Source: Lama glama (taxonomy: Eukaryota). Taken from it: a DNA stretch of 64,000 nucleotides. A program made the position numbers and the translations under genes. Shown piece after piece: positions 50,540-62,050 of this stretch. The stretch spans positions 21,516,001 through 21,580,000 of the forward strand of contig CM052816.1 of assembly GCA_028534125.1 (NCBI GenBank), in the 5' to 3' direction. The notes beneath the pieces were generated by a model that saw nothing but the letters and a program-made list of their open reading frames with translations, was not told where the DNA came from and ran no database searches. How positions within the stretch are numbered: position 1 is the first letter of the stretch; the number at the start of each line of letters is the position of its first letter.

Positions 50540-51760
50540 GGGAACTGATACAGATGAAGGGTCGCTCATACACTCACCTCAGTCACAATGGTGGACAAGT
50601 AGACGTCCTGGCTGAACTCCCAGCCATCCAGGCAGCTCTTCTGCTCCAGCTGCTCCAAGTCCACGTCGCGCCCCGGCTCCAGCCCGAGCGCCAAGAAGTT
50701 GACGATCGTCGCGAGGCGGTAGCGGCGGCAGCCGTGAGGCACCTCGCGGCCGTCCTGCAGCCGCAGCGGGAGACTGTGGTTGCGCCAAGCGAGGCTCAGG
50801 TTCGCGGTGTCCGGCACCCGGCAGCGGTGCTCCGGGGTCCCCGCCAGGAACACTACTGGCATACCGTTGAAGCCGTTGGGGATGATGCTGGCGCTGAGCA
50901 GGAGGAAGATGAGGCGCTGGAAGGGCCCCCACTCGCCCAGGAAGGCGGTCACCTCGTCGTAGTCCCGCATGCTTCCCGCTGCTGCTCTGCAGTCTGCAAC
51001 AACGGGCGATAAGGGCGTCCCTCGGACAAGCGTCGCGCGGCGAGGGCGCTCCCCGAGGCCGTCAGAACGTTCTCGCGGGCCAGGCAGGCTGAGGGAAAGT
51101 GGAGCGCGCCGCCAGGGACCGTTCCCGGGAAGCGGGCTGCGGGCGTTGGTGAGTTCCTAGGAAATGGTCGCAAAGCTGGAAGGCACGGTATAAATTCGGG
51201 ACCACACCTCCATCCTGGCCGGGGCGGGGAGGGTGGGGCGGCCGGGACGGCCGAGGTGGGGCCCGGAGCGGCTCCCCCCGCGCTCCGCCCGCCGCCCCGG
51301 GCGACCCCGCGGTAGACCCGGCTGAGGCCTGGAGCTCAGGTGGGCCGCCCAGCTCCCGCGCACCCCGCGTGCCCCGCGACCGCCAGCTGCTGAGCGCCCA
51401 GCTCCGAGCCGCCGCGTTGGGCACCACGGGGGCGAGCGGGCGAAAGGGAAGAGCTGAGGCGGGAGAGCAAAGTCTTTGAGAGGTCGGGCCGCGGCCCTCT
51501 CTGTTGGCGTCGCCCAGGCCTCATCCGGGCGGGAGGCTCTCCCTTGCCACTTCTAACCCGGAGTCTGAGCTCAGAGGGCCTCGCGCGAGGCGTGGACGGC
51601 CGAGCCCGTGCCGTTGGTGCTCCCGGGAAACTTCTGTGGGCACAGGGGTGGCAGGAGCACACCATCTCTTCTGGCACACCGCTGCCCGAGTGGCCGGCAC
51701 CAGCCGACCCGGCCCTCGCCTCCGCCCCCATCCCCCACCCCACTTCTCCAATCCTAGAGG
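50540..51760. promoter_or_regulatory. CpG island and GC-rich promoter of SLC22A4
   Basis: Very high GC and CpG density over exon 1 and upstream. GC boxes (GGGGCGGG at about 51221, GGGGCGG at about 51235) and a RUNX-type ACCACA at 51201-51206. Confidence 0.88.
50578..50970 (-). CDS. SLC22A4: SLC22A4 coding exon 1 (frame open, 131 codons)
   Basis: [22 protein letters not shown]...[19 protein letters not shown]; 393 bp; donor GAG|GTGAGT at 50577. Confidence 0.97.
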
Positions 51761-54301
51761 GCTGGATTCAGTTACCAGCCTGCGGAGCCCAAATTGGCAT
51801 CTTCCGGACATCCAGGAGCCTCACCTCGAAAAGGGGGAAAGGGCCCAGTGCCCAGAAGGGATGAGCGAGATCACACTGCGTCAGAGATAGGCTGGGAGCC
51901 AGGGGCTACCGGGTCGTCCCAGGATCTTGTTGGGGCCTCTCGAGAAGATTTAATACGGAGCCTGGCCCTTTGTAAGACCGCGGTAATGGGAGCACCTCTT
52001 ACTGCTTTCACCACCCTGGGCTCTGATTTTGATCCCCCAGGGCTCTTCATCGGGGCTGGCTGCCAGAGTCTTCTTGGACTGGAAGGCGTCTGATTTGCGG
52101 AAGGGACCGCCCCACCCCGCCCTCTGCCCCAGTCCAGGAACGGAGGGGGGGGGGGGACGGAGGAGGAGAAGGTCCAGCTTGGCACCCAGATCTGGCAAGG
52201 TAACCAGAGTAGGGACCAGTCCGCTCAGTGTCCAAGCCTAAGACTCCTTTCCAGTCGGATTTTTCACCTGGGGCAAGTACCTCATTCCTTTCATTTGCCT
52301 CAGGTTTTTCCCAACCCTCATTACTATGGGTGACTGAGATTCCCACTTGGACCTTCTAAAGAGTCATACAGAATGAAGCAGCGTCTGTTTCCTAGTTCTG
52401 GTTCCATTGGTCAACTCCCCTGCAGTCCCAGGCTGCATATGTGTGAGCCAAACAGGTACCACTCAACTGAATTGTTTGCTACCACCCAAGAAATCCTTAC
52501 CTTTTATTTATCCAAGGTAAATCCATACCTTGAACCATTTAGCCTTCCATATGAAATGAATGCCCAAGTACACTGCTTACAGCTGGACCCCGGGAGGCTT
52601 TCTATTCACCAGTGTCCTTCAGTGCCACTGCTAAGTGGGGCTGTGTTGCAGTAAGAATCCATTTTTTGGCTTGTATCTTCTGTGAGACAGGGCTGAGTAT
52701 TTTTCCCCCTATCAATTGGTTATAGAGAACTACCCTCATAAGACCACAGGTCTGAGTTGGGGGCGAAGTGTTGATATAGCTGAGATAGGTGTCATAGGAG
52801 TCTGAATCACCAGTTCATTAACTTAAGCTGTATGGACCTGCTCAGTCCTGATCCTGACACTACCATTTCTATTATATGATGGATTGCTGACATGCCTGCT
52901 TAATCTTATGACTTGATAGAATCTGGCAATACCTAGCTTTTACTGGACATTTCTAGTTGCCTAGACCCTTGATATCCCATGGCCAGGCACTCAATTTTTA
53001 CTGTAGCCATGTAGTTGCTTTTCAAATGGCAAATAGCTCTCTGCTACAGAAGGCATGACCTTGTTATGGAGATCTGTACTGAAACTCTTTTATTAGGGCC
53101 TATCTCTTTTATCAGAGGCTCTACTCTGCATTCTTATCACCATGAACATCTCTAGCACCATGGATTCTGCTGGGTCATATGGACCAAATGGCAGGGAACC
53201 TTGTACTATAGTTGGACACACTGTAGAGCTCTCTCTGGGCTTCACTCAAAAGTGAGAGTTTTCTCAGGCACCCATTAAATGGGTTATAGTAGTATTCCCA
53301 CGAAGCACTATGTCTTTATTAGTGGTAGAGGGTACAGGGTACAACAACTTGCCTTTACCTTACAGAGGATGGCCTGGCATGTTCCAGACTACTGAATCTC
53401 TAATAACTTCACCAATTGGCTTCAAAATAATAAGGAATGAAAGAAGTGGGTGAGCATATAGATGAAATAAGATTGGCCATAGTAGTGGTCCTAGGGATTC
53501 ATTTTACTAGTTTGTCTACTTTTATATACATTTAACTCATTCCAGAACAAAAAGTTAAAAAAAAAAACAAACAAAACAAAAAAACATTTGTCAGCATGCA
53601 AGGCCCCGAATAATACTTTTTATCTCCTATCTTCTGTCATGGATGTGTCTTACTAGAACATCTGCTCACTAGGTTATGACATATTAGCATTATGTAATCG
53701 ATACAGTAAACCATCGTGATATTCTATGGAAAATCAAGACAATCAAAGTCACTAAACACTGTGATAGAGAGCAGAAGAATTAACGCAGCCCAGGGGCAAG
53801 GCAGTGAATATATACTGCTGTTCATCCCCACATAAAAACAAACTGTTTTGATCCTCCTTACTGAAGGATATTAAGAAGATAATCTTTGATGTTGCTGTTA
53901 ATCTCTGAAATTCCATTCAGGATGTCGTTTTACTTCTGATGTAATAAGTTGGTCAAAAACGTGGGTGTGTTAGAGGCTTCTGCTTGGCCCCTCCTGCCAT
54001 AATTGCTCTTATTTTATAGAACAGGGAGTAAATATTAGGGTCTTGCCAGCTGCTAAGTGTACCTAGTTATGTACTTAGGGAACAGGGAATGAGAGTGTGG
54101 ATCTTTAGACCCATTAGACTTCCTTGCAGGAGAATTCTGTTTACCAATTGGCTTTCACGAGCCCCTAGTATAACTAGGGGACCATAATGGTATTTCCCAT
54201 TCCCTGGTATCAGTGCCAATGCACAATCTGTATCCAACAGCCCTTGAAAGGTTTGCGTCTTTCCCTTTCCTTAGGCCAGAGTTACTCTAGTAAAAGTTCA
54301 C

Positions 54302-54652
54302 TGCTATGGGCTGAATTTGTCCCCCTGGTCCCAAATTCATATGTTAAAGCCCTAACTTTCAGTGTGGAGGTATGGTTGGAGATGGGGCCCTTGGGAAATA
54401 ATTAGGTTTAGACAAGCTCATGAGGGTGGGGCCTTCATGATAGCATTTGTGCCCTTAAAGATGAGCCACCAGAGAGCTCACAAGAATGTGGCTGTTTACA
54501 AGCCAGGAAGAAGACTCTCACCAGAAACTGAATTGGCCAGCACTTGATCTTGGACCCTCTTTCCAGTCTCCAGAATTGTGATAAATACATTTCAATTGTT
54601 TAAGCCACCCACTCTGTGGTATTTTATTACAGTAGCCTGAGCAGTCTGATAT
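54302..54652 (+). mobile_element. MLT1A/B-like MaLR LTR
   Basis: tgctatgggctgaatttgtcccc...ttgtttaagccacccactctgtggtattttattacagtagcc. Confidence 0.8.
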
Positions 54653-56045
54653 AGCCTGTGGGGAAAGACTAGGGAAATAGTTATCATACATACTTTTGGA
54701 GGATTTTTCCTTAAAGAGATGTGGCCTTCTTTTCAATCAGCAGGCTCTGAGCTTGTGAACTGGCCTGGATCTGGGAAATTCATAAGGAAACACTATTTTC
54801 CATTGTGGCAGTTGTCATCAGCCTTCTGATCACTAGCTCTTGATTTTGGAGGTGAGGTTGTTAAACAAGTAAAGTAACACCCAGTCATCTGCCCATTTAT
54901 TTAACTCCCAGGAAAACCGTGGTCTATCAGGCATCACCACAGACCCCAGGGGTTGAAGCACTCTATTTGCCCCTTTGGTCTTGTAGCTACATCTACCCAC
55001 TCTCTGCTATTCTAGAGTCCTACCATCCCCACTGACACTGGGGATCCTCAGCTGTGCATTTTGTACTGCCTTGTGAAGGGTGTGTCCTCTGAACTTGACT
55101 TGGGAACATCATCTGGTGATAGGTTCTCTAGTCTTGCATGACAAATACAATCTAACGTTTTCACTCCCCTGAGCCTTCTGACTCCTTTAACACTGTCAGG
55201 AAAGTTCTGGCATTTCCACCTCATTTCCATAGGCCATAATTGTATCCAAGTTTCAAAGAGCCATCTCAGAAGCATTTGAGGATGGTTTTATACATCTTTG
55301 CTTAGATGTTAAATCCAGAATAACGAGAGAGTGCTTCCAGGTTAACAAATTCCCACACGTGTTACCCTGTTCCTACTAGAACATAGGTCCTGTCATTTTT
55401 TCATCATGTGTGCTATTTCCTTGTGGATCGGGGACTCTATTTCCCTGCTTAGGCTATGCTGAAACCTAACTCTAGTATGAAGACAATGAGGGGAGGTAGG
55501 GAAGGATCTTCAGGAGGATAAGCATCACCCTTGGAGCCGCTTGTCTCAGGAGGAGTCTTGGCAGGGATTCCAGGCAAGAAGAGGCTACTCTCCTAAAGCA
55601 AGGGAAGAAAGCTGCTGCTGCTGCTGCTGGCCTTGAAGGTTTAGGGGAATCCAGGAATTCAAAATTCTCACATTAACTTGCTCAAATGTCCCTAGTCTGT
55701 GTTGCAGGGTTCTATGCATTTCCTATCAGGGCCATAACTTTGTCATGAGACTCAGCAAAGCTGTGCATGCAGTCTTTTGTTGTGGCTCTCCTTGTTTAAA
55801 TCAATTAAATGAAGACTGGGTTTGATTTCTAGCACGATCTGCCCTGTGGCTGCAGGAGTTCAGAGTCTCTTAAAAAAAGTTTCCATGGAGGCCTTCTGGC
55901 TTTCACAGTGTGCCTTGAGTTTACAGTTGGCTGACCTGGGACTACTGTTTTCTTTTTCCAAGGCTTCTAAATAACTTAGCAAAAGCCAGTCCAGTCCATG
56001 ATCTTTATAATCACCACTAGCCTCATATGTTCTAAGTGCCATAAC

Positions 56046-56255
56046 CAAGGTTTCTCAAACTTGGCATTCTTGTAATTTTGGGTCAGGTAATTCCTTCTTG
56101 AGGGGTTGTTCTATGCATTTTAGGATGTTTAGCAGCATCTCTGGCCTCTACCTCCTAGATGCCATAGTGCAATCCCCTAGTGGTGATCAAAAATATCTCC
56201 AGACATTGCTAAGTATCTCTTGGGGGGTAAAATTTTCCCTGGTTAAAAAGCACTG
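56046..56255. mobile_element. MER20 DNA transposon
   Basis: ggtttctcaaacttggca...aggatgtttagcagcatctctggcctctacc...ctccagacattgc...aagcactg. Confidence 0.85.
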
Positions 56256-57099
56256 ACAGAAGCCAATGTTTCACTTTCCACATGCGTCTCATTCTAATCT
56301 ACCGTGTATAAGAGTTTGGGTAATGATGCCACTGCATGCTGGCATTATTATCATCCTACTAACTAACAGTAATGGGGTCCTTATCTCTATTTGAAAGGTG
56401 AATGTTCCAGTTCTAGAATCCCTTCCTTGCAAGTCTGTCTTCTAGACTGCCTTCTATTTGGGAATGGAGCAAGGGAACAAGAGTGAAGGACCGTGGACAA
56501 TAAAACAGAGAAGAAACGCAAGTACAAAGGTACAGCTTGGATTAGGGGGTGGGAACTGGGGGAATGTGCCTCAGAAATGTCTAAGATTCAGAAGCAGGCA
56601 ACATTTATCCATAGGTTCCCACCCCTGTTGAGTGTTAACTCCCTCACACTTCCAGATTGCATATATGTGAATACTGAGCAGGTTTTTGTGTATGTTCCAT
56701 GCCTCGGCATCCAAGGAGTTCAAGAGCAGAAAGTGACATGTTAGCAGCACAGCTGAGATTGGGATACCTCAGAGAAGCTGGTTTCCATATGAGTGGCTGG
56801 AGTAAACAGTGGGTCTGGAAGATCTGAAGCTGTGAGCTTGAGGTGTTGTATGTGGTCATCCTACTCATCCATGACTAGGAGGAATGCAACCTGTGCTGCC
56901 CCTCACTGGGTACTGCTCAGGAGCATGAGGAAGACAAGACCCTATCAGCCTCATTTATAGGTTCAAACCCTCCCTTTGCTCTTTCTGGCCAAGAGGGTGT
57001 GGAGTCAACAAGTGGGGAAGACGGATCCACCAGCCACCTTCTGGCACACAGGCAATCTGATCCAGCCTAGACACTTGCCCATGGGAGCACTAAACCAGT

Positions 57100-57630
57100 G
57101 GTAGGGGAAGGCAGAGGGATGAGATTGGAAAGGTTTGCAGAGGCTAGACCATGCTTGACCTTAAAGCTTTTTAATTGTTTAATAGCTTTAGATTTATTTC
57201 TGAGGCAATGGGAGTCAGAGCAAAACCTCATGAGATTTGTGTTTTAGAAAGATCCCTCTGGTGGCCAAGTTGAGAATGCAAGGGAGGGAGCTAGGATGAA
57301 GCAGAGACACCAGGGAGGAGATGGTTGTAGGTGCCCAAGAGGGTGATGGTTATCGTGGCCAAGAAACAGATAGATTCTGGAGCTGTTAAAAAGGTGGAAG
57401 GGACAGGTCTTGATGACTGACTGGATGTACAGGTGAGGAAGAGGAAGAAGGCAGGGAAGATGCCAAATTTGGGGAACTGAATGGATGCGTGGATGGTGGT
57501 ATCTTTGAGATAGAAGCATAGGAGTAGGAGTGCGTTGGAGAGATGATGAAGTGCATTTGGGATGTTTTGAGTTTGAAGTATCTTTGGGACATCTAGGTAT
57601 ATGTGTCCAGTTGGTCAGAGGTCTGGGCAC
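57100..57630 (-). mobile_element. L2 remnant
   Basis: gttttagaaagatccctctgg...ttgagtttgaagtatctttgggacatctagg. Confidence 0.75.
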
Positions 57631-58467
57631 AGACTAGGTCACCAGGAGCAGAGCCAGTCAGGGTTCCTGGTTGCAACAAAACTGGACATCTGGCAAGGAT
57701 AAGCAGAGATCTGCTGTAGAGGTGCCTTCTAGTGGTGGGAAGGTAATAAATCTAAGTGGAGTTATAGTCAGACTGTCTGTTGAAGGTGGAGCCTGTAGAG
57801 GAAGAATCATCCCTTGGCTGAGACTCTGATCTCTGCCCTCCCAGAACAATTCCAGTGGGACTGGGTGAAACTACAAAAGGAGGGCAGGGGCAGTTTGGAA
57901 TGAATGTAGCTATTAAGCAGTCCAAACAACCTACTCTTGAGAAAGAGTGTTTGGAGAGGAAAGGAGGGTCTGGGCCAGAACCTGGAGTAGGCTGGTGCCT
58001 CAGGGAGGGACAGGAGAGTGGACAGGAACAAGGCTGAGAAGGTGCAGGATGATGGTGGAGGAGGTGGTGAGGAGCCAGGAGAGGCCCTTTAGCAGGGATC
58101 AGGACGTGACCTCAGGCACTAGTCAGGCAGGTATAGGGGTGGGTTCATGCAGGTCAGAGTCTATGAACAGGCACTGTGGGCACCAACCTTGTCTGCACTC
58201 AGACTCAAAGCTTCAGGAGTCACCTTGACTCAGCCCAGCTCCCCCCATTCCATGCTCCTTGGAAAGCTGGGGGCCCAGCCCTGTGTGAGGATTTGGTGAG
58301 TCTGAGCCTTCACTCTGGGGTGTTCTGGGGACCTTGCCAAGCAGAGATAGGTCAGCACCCTTCAGAAGTGGCCTGGCCAGAGTCAGGAGACCAATGGTAG
58401 GAAAGGCACCGTTCTCTAGGGAAGATGAGTACTTGTGATTGCCCTGGGTGCCCCCGCCATGGAGATC

Positions 58468-58600
58468 AGCTAAATGGTGTATGACCTTGGCAAGTTTCTC
58501 AACCTTTCTGAGCTTATCCATAAAGTGAGGGTAATAACTGTACCTCCTTTCAGGTTTCCTCCTGTTATGGATATTATCCAATTTGCATCCTGTGAGACTT
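58468..58600. mobile_element. MIR SINE fragment
   Basis: tgaccttggcaagtttctcaacctttctgagct...taaagtgagggtaataactgtacct. Confidence 0.7.
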
Positions 58601-59659
58601 TCTCTGAGTCTATAACTGTGCTCTGGGCCAAGAACCCCTGGTGAGCAGCTGAATATCCTTCCACTGCTACCTTTGTGGGTGAAGAAACTGGTGTGTGATG
58701 TGGTGCTTCAGCCTCTGAACTTGGTGAAGCCGGGCAGACTGGGGAGACAGACCTGCTCACAGGGCTGGTCATTCAGGTCTCTGAGCCCAGATGGCTGAGG
58801 CCAACCCAGACCCTGCAGGAACAGGTGAGGCCTCTGGCAAGGAGGCCCTCTTTCCTGGGATTTTTAGCCTCTGCCTTCAGCCACAAATGGTCGGTATCAG
58901 GTAGGAGCGAAGATGAAATTTGGTTTCTATGGGAACTGAAATACAGTTTCCTGCTTGTGGTAGAGGGAACACAGGTCAGTCCTTGCTTATGAGAGAGACC
59001 TCTTTACTACCCTCAGGTCTTTTTAGATTTCCACCTCCTTTCAGAGCTGCCCAGAACTATTTTGTGGGAAAATATTGAATATTGTGTGAGAAAATGATAA
59101 ACCAGGAAATGGAAACCAGAGTTATGGAGGGCAAGTCAGGGGTTAACCTGGGGCCCAAATTCAAGAAGCTGCTACCTTGGGTGAGAATGAGCCCCAGGAT
59201 GGAGCTGGAATGCAGATAAGCCAGGAAGGGAGACCCAGAAGTGGAGGAGGGGACAGGGTGCTCCTCAGGTTGTCAGAGGGACTCTGGACCCATAGCCCAG
59301 GCTTCTGAGCATCACAGTGCATATCACAACATCCCTAATTCAGCTGTTCATGGGCTGAGATCCCAGGGCCAGGGTACTGGGCCACCCAGAGGCCTGAAGC
59401 CTTGGCCAGGAAGGGAGGACTAGCATGAAGCAGTATCTGGATTTCTCCTGCCCTCACGCCTTTCCTTGGTTCTCAAGGAAGAACGTAGAGGAATAAACAT
59501 GTCACACAGATAACCAAAAGGAAGGACTCAGATTTCATTTCTAGCTCCTCGGAGGGTCAAGGAAGGTGGCATGAGCCTGCAAAAGATCTTGAGGAAGCCG
59601 AATTTACACATTAGCACAACTGCAATTTTGCAGTTCTGAAGCAGGGCTGTCAGCAAAGA

Positions 59660-60555
59660 TCAGCAGGGGCTGCACCTCATGGGGCCTTGTGGGCTGGGTT
59701 TAGGAGTTTAGACTTTGTCCTAAGGGTAATGGGGAGCCATGGAAGCTTTAATAGACAGAAGTGACATAATCAGAATTGCATTTTAAAAATCTCTCTTTGC
59801 TGTTGTGTGGAGAAAGGATTGAGGGGCCAGACAGGGGACAGGAAGGCCAGGCAGGAGGTTATTACAGCAGTTGGGTAGGAGAATGTGGGGGCCTGGACTG
59901 GGGCTGGAGCTATGGAGGCAGAGAAAAGTGAGCTAGTTAGGGATTAGTTAGGGATGAATGCAATCATGCCTACCAACTGGTCTCCCTGCTTCCACCTTTG
60001 CCCCTTACAGTCTATTCTCCATACAGCAGATAGAGTGATCCTAGTTAAAACATAAAAGTCCAGGTCATGCCACTCCTCTGGCCTCTCATCTCAGAGTAAA
60101 AGCCAAAGTCCTTCCTGAGACTTACAAGGTCAACATGGTCAGCCTTCCCACCCCCACATCTCTCTCACCTCATCTACTTTTACTAGCCACTTCATCTACA
60201 CCACTCCAGACATTTCTTTGCTCTTAGAACACACAAACACATGCCTTCTCCTCCCTGTCCCATCCAGGGTCATTGTATTCCCTGCTCCCTCTGCAGAAAT
60301 GTAGTTTATCCAGACACCCCCACTGATGTTCCCTTACCACCTCAGGTCTCTGCTCAAATGTCACTTTATCTGTGAGGTCTTTCTAAATTCCTTATGTGAA
60401 GGGATCACTTATTCTTTATTGTAATATGCTATTTATTTCCTCTATGGCACTGCATTTCATCTGGACTTTTAAAATGTTCAAAATCTTTCCTAGTATGCAG
60501 CATAATGCCTGGAACATAGTAGATTCTCAGTAAATAATAAGTTGAAAAAATGAGT
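59660..60555. mobile_element. Two L2 fragments in opposite orientations (minus about 59660-59950; plus about 59960-60555 including the 3' tail)
   Basis: ggagtttagactttgtcctaagggtaatggggagccat; ctggtctccctgcttcc...aatgcctggaacatagtagattctcagtaaata. Confidence 0.75.
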
Positions 60556-60686
60556 TGAGGTTGAGAATGCAGGAGGGAGACAGTGCCCATCAGGGCTTAA
60601 TTCCCCTTGAGGGTTTAGGCAGTATGCCAGCAGAAAGCAGGAGAGCAAGGTGAGGAGAAAGGTGGTGGGAGGCAGGGAGGCCCAGG

Positions 60687-60708
60687 GTGTGTGTGTGTGT
60701 GTGTGTGT
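60687..60708. repeat. (TG)n microsatellite
   Basis: About 11 TG units. Confidence 0.95.
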
Positions 60709-61298
60709 GAGACAGAGAGGGACTCGCCTCAGGGCTCCTGCACCTCTCTGTGCCCAGCCTGGGGTCTGGGGAGGATGGGGGAGTCTGACCAAGGAGGTAA
60801 CAGGTTGTGCCAGAAGCAACAGGAAGGAATGGAAGGGGTGGGGGAAGGGCACATGGATGGGAACTACTGACCTTGCCTGGGGATGGGTGGGCCAAGGCTT
60901 TGCTCTAAAGGGAAGGGTCAGTGGATCAGGGACTTGAATAGTGAGTAGGAGTTTCCTGGATAAAGAAGAAAGAATCAAGGCATTTTGAACTTAAGAAAGG
61001 TCTGAGGGGTATGAAAAGGCAGGGTGGCTCAGAGAATGGTGAACTCTTTGGTGTAGTAGAGGAAGTGAGACCAAGTGGTCAGCAACCTGAGGTCTGAGAG
61101 GCTTTACATGGTAGGCCTAAAACTGATCTGTCAGTGACTCCATCTGAGGGCCCTGGGGCCGTGGTGGGGCACAGGGGGAGGAGTAAGTCCATGAAGTAAG
61201 AGAGCGAGAGAATCTTCCAGCTGTCCTGAAATAGACCCCAGAAATGCTTAGGAGGCAGAACCCCATACACAGTGAGAGGTAGGCTGGGATAGTTGGGG

Positions 61299-62050
61299 TG
61301 AGTGTGTAGAAGATGATGTCCAAGTCTCTGGTTTGAAGTCCTCTAAGGTGAAGACCTGTGAGAGGGACAGGTTTGGGGACAATAATGAGAGTTGGGTCTG
61401 GGCCGGTTGGGCTGGGATAGTAGAGCAGGCAGATAGCTAGATATGAGCAGAGAAGGGGGGACACATGCCAAATGGCAGGAATTGGGCAAAAAAGGTGGAG
61501 CATGGGCCAAATGCAGGAAACCATACATCATGTAAACAACAGAGATCCTTGGTCAGAGAAAAGCAGGAGCCTCTGGACTGATAAGAAATCACACATTTCA
61601 GGGTGACAGGTGTCCTGGTGGCCAACAAAGACGAGTGGGTAGAGGCAGGAATCTCCAGTGTCTGAATGTAACCTTTTGTTCATTATGCCTTCATTACAAT
61701 AAAATTAGCCTTCCAGATTAGAAGTACCCATCATGCACGAATGCTTAAGATACTTCCGATCCAGACTAAATAAGGACAAAAATCCCTTCTCCCCTCGGGA
61801 AGGTGGAGCTGGATGAAAATCAGGGAATACTTCAAACCCTTCCCTCCCTAATGAGTATTCCACCCATTTATTTTTACACCCTATATAACCAGCTTACAAA
61901 AGAAACTCGGCACAGCTGCTCACCTGAGCTGCCCGCTCTCGCCTTTAGAGCGTACTATCTATCCCTTAATAAATCCTCACTTTACTTTTTTAACCTGTCT
62001 CCTCTTAGAATTCTTTGTGCAAGGAGACTAGAACCTAATCCCTGGCAACA
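61299..62050 (+). mobile_element. Probable ERV solo LTR upstream of the gene
   Basis: TATA box (cctatataa at about 61880), AATAAA at about 61968, 3' end ...ctggcaaca. Candidate 5' TG at 61299 gives a 4-bp GGGG TSD; the 5' boundary is uncertain. Confidence 0.65.

Larger units (their letters stand above)
11740..50970 (-). pseudogene. SLC22A4: SLC22A4 (OCTN1/ergothioneine transporter) locus, start to stop codon, disrupted; candidate unitary pseudogene
   Basis: Nine exons in the correct order with sizes 393/104/155/171/126/(missing)/215/183/135/76, against the recalled human 393/104/155/172/127/95/215/183/136/76. OCTN1-type segments GFNGMxVVFLAGT and C-terminal [24 protein letters not shown]. 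Three frameshifts, one dead donor and one absent exon. Confidence 0.9.
52260..56440 (-). mobile_element. Degraded ERVL/MaLR internal region with nested insertions
   Basis: MLT/ERVL-int-like sequence (tccattggtcaactcccctgcagtccca; tctgccctgtggctgcagga), interrupted by an L1 tail (about 53420-53585), an MLT1 LTR and MER20. Confidence 0.55.

Noticed and set aside
11740..50970. Calling the gene SLC22A5 (OCTN2)
   Set aside because: Exon 1 GFNGM.VVFLAGT, exons 5 and 7-9, and the 76-nt last coding exon ending PKVLVTSF match OCTN1 as recalled, not OCTN2.
11740..50970. Processed (retro) pseudogene
   Set aside because: Introns, splice sites and a CpG-island promoter are present.
50521..52350. Numerous overlapping ORFs on both strands around the promoter
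   Set aside because: Expected in GC-rich, stop-poor CpG-island sequence; 50521-51012 is simply antisense to exon 1.
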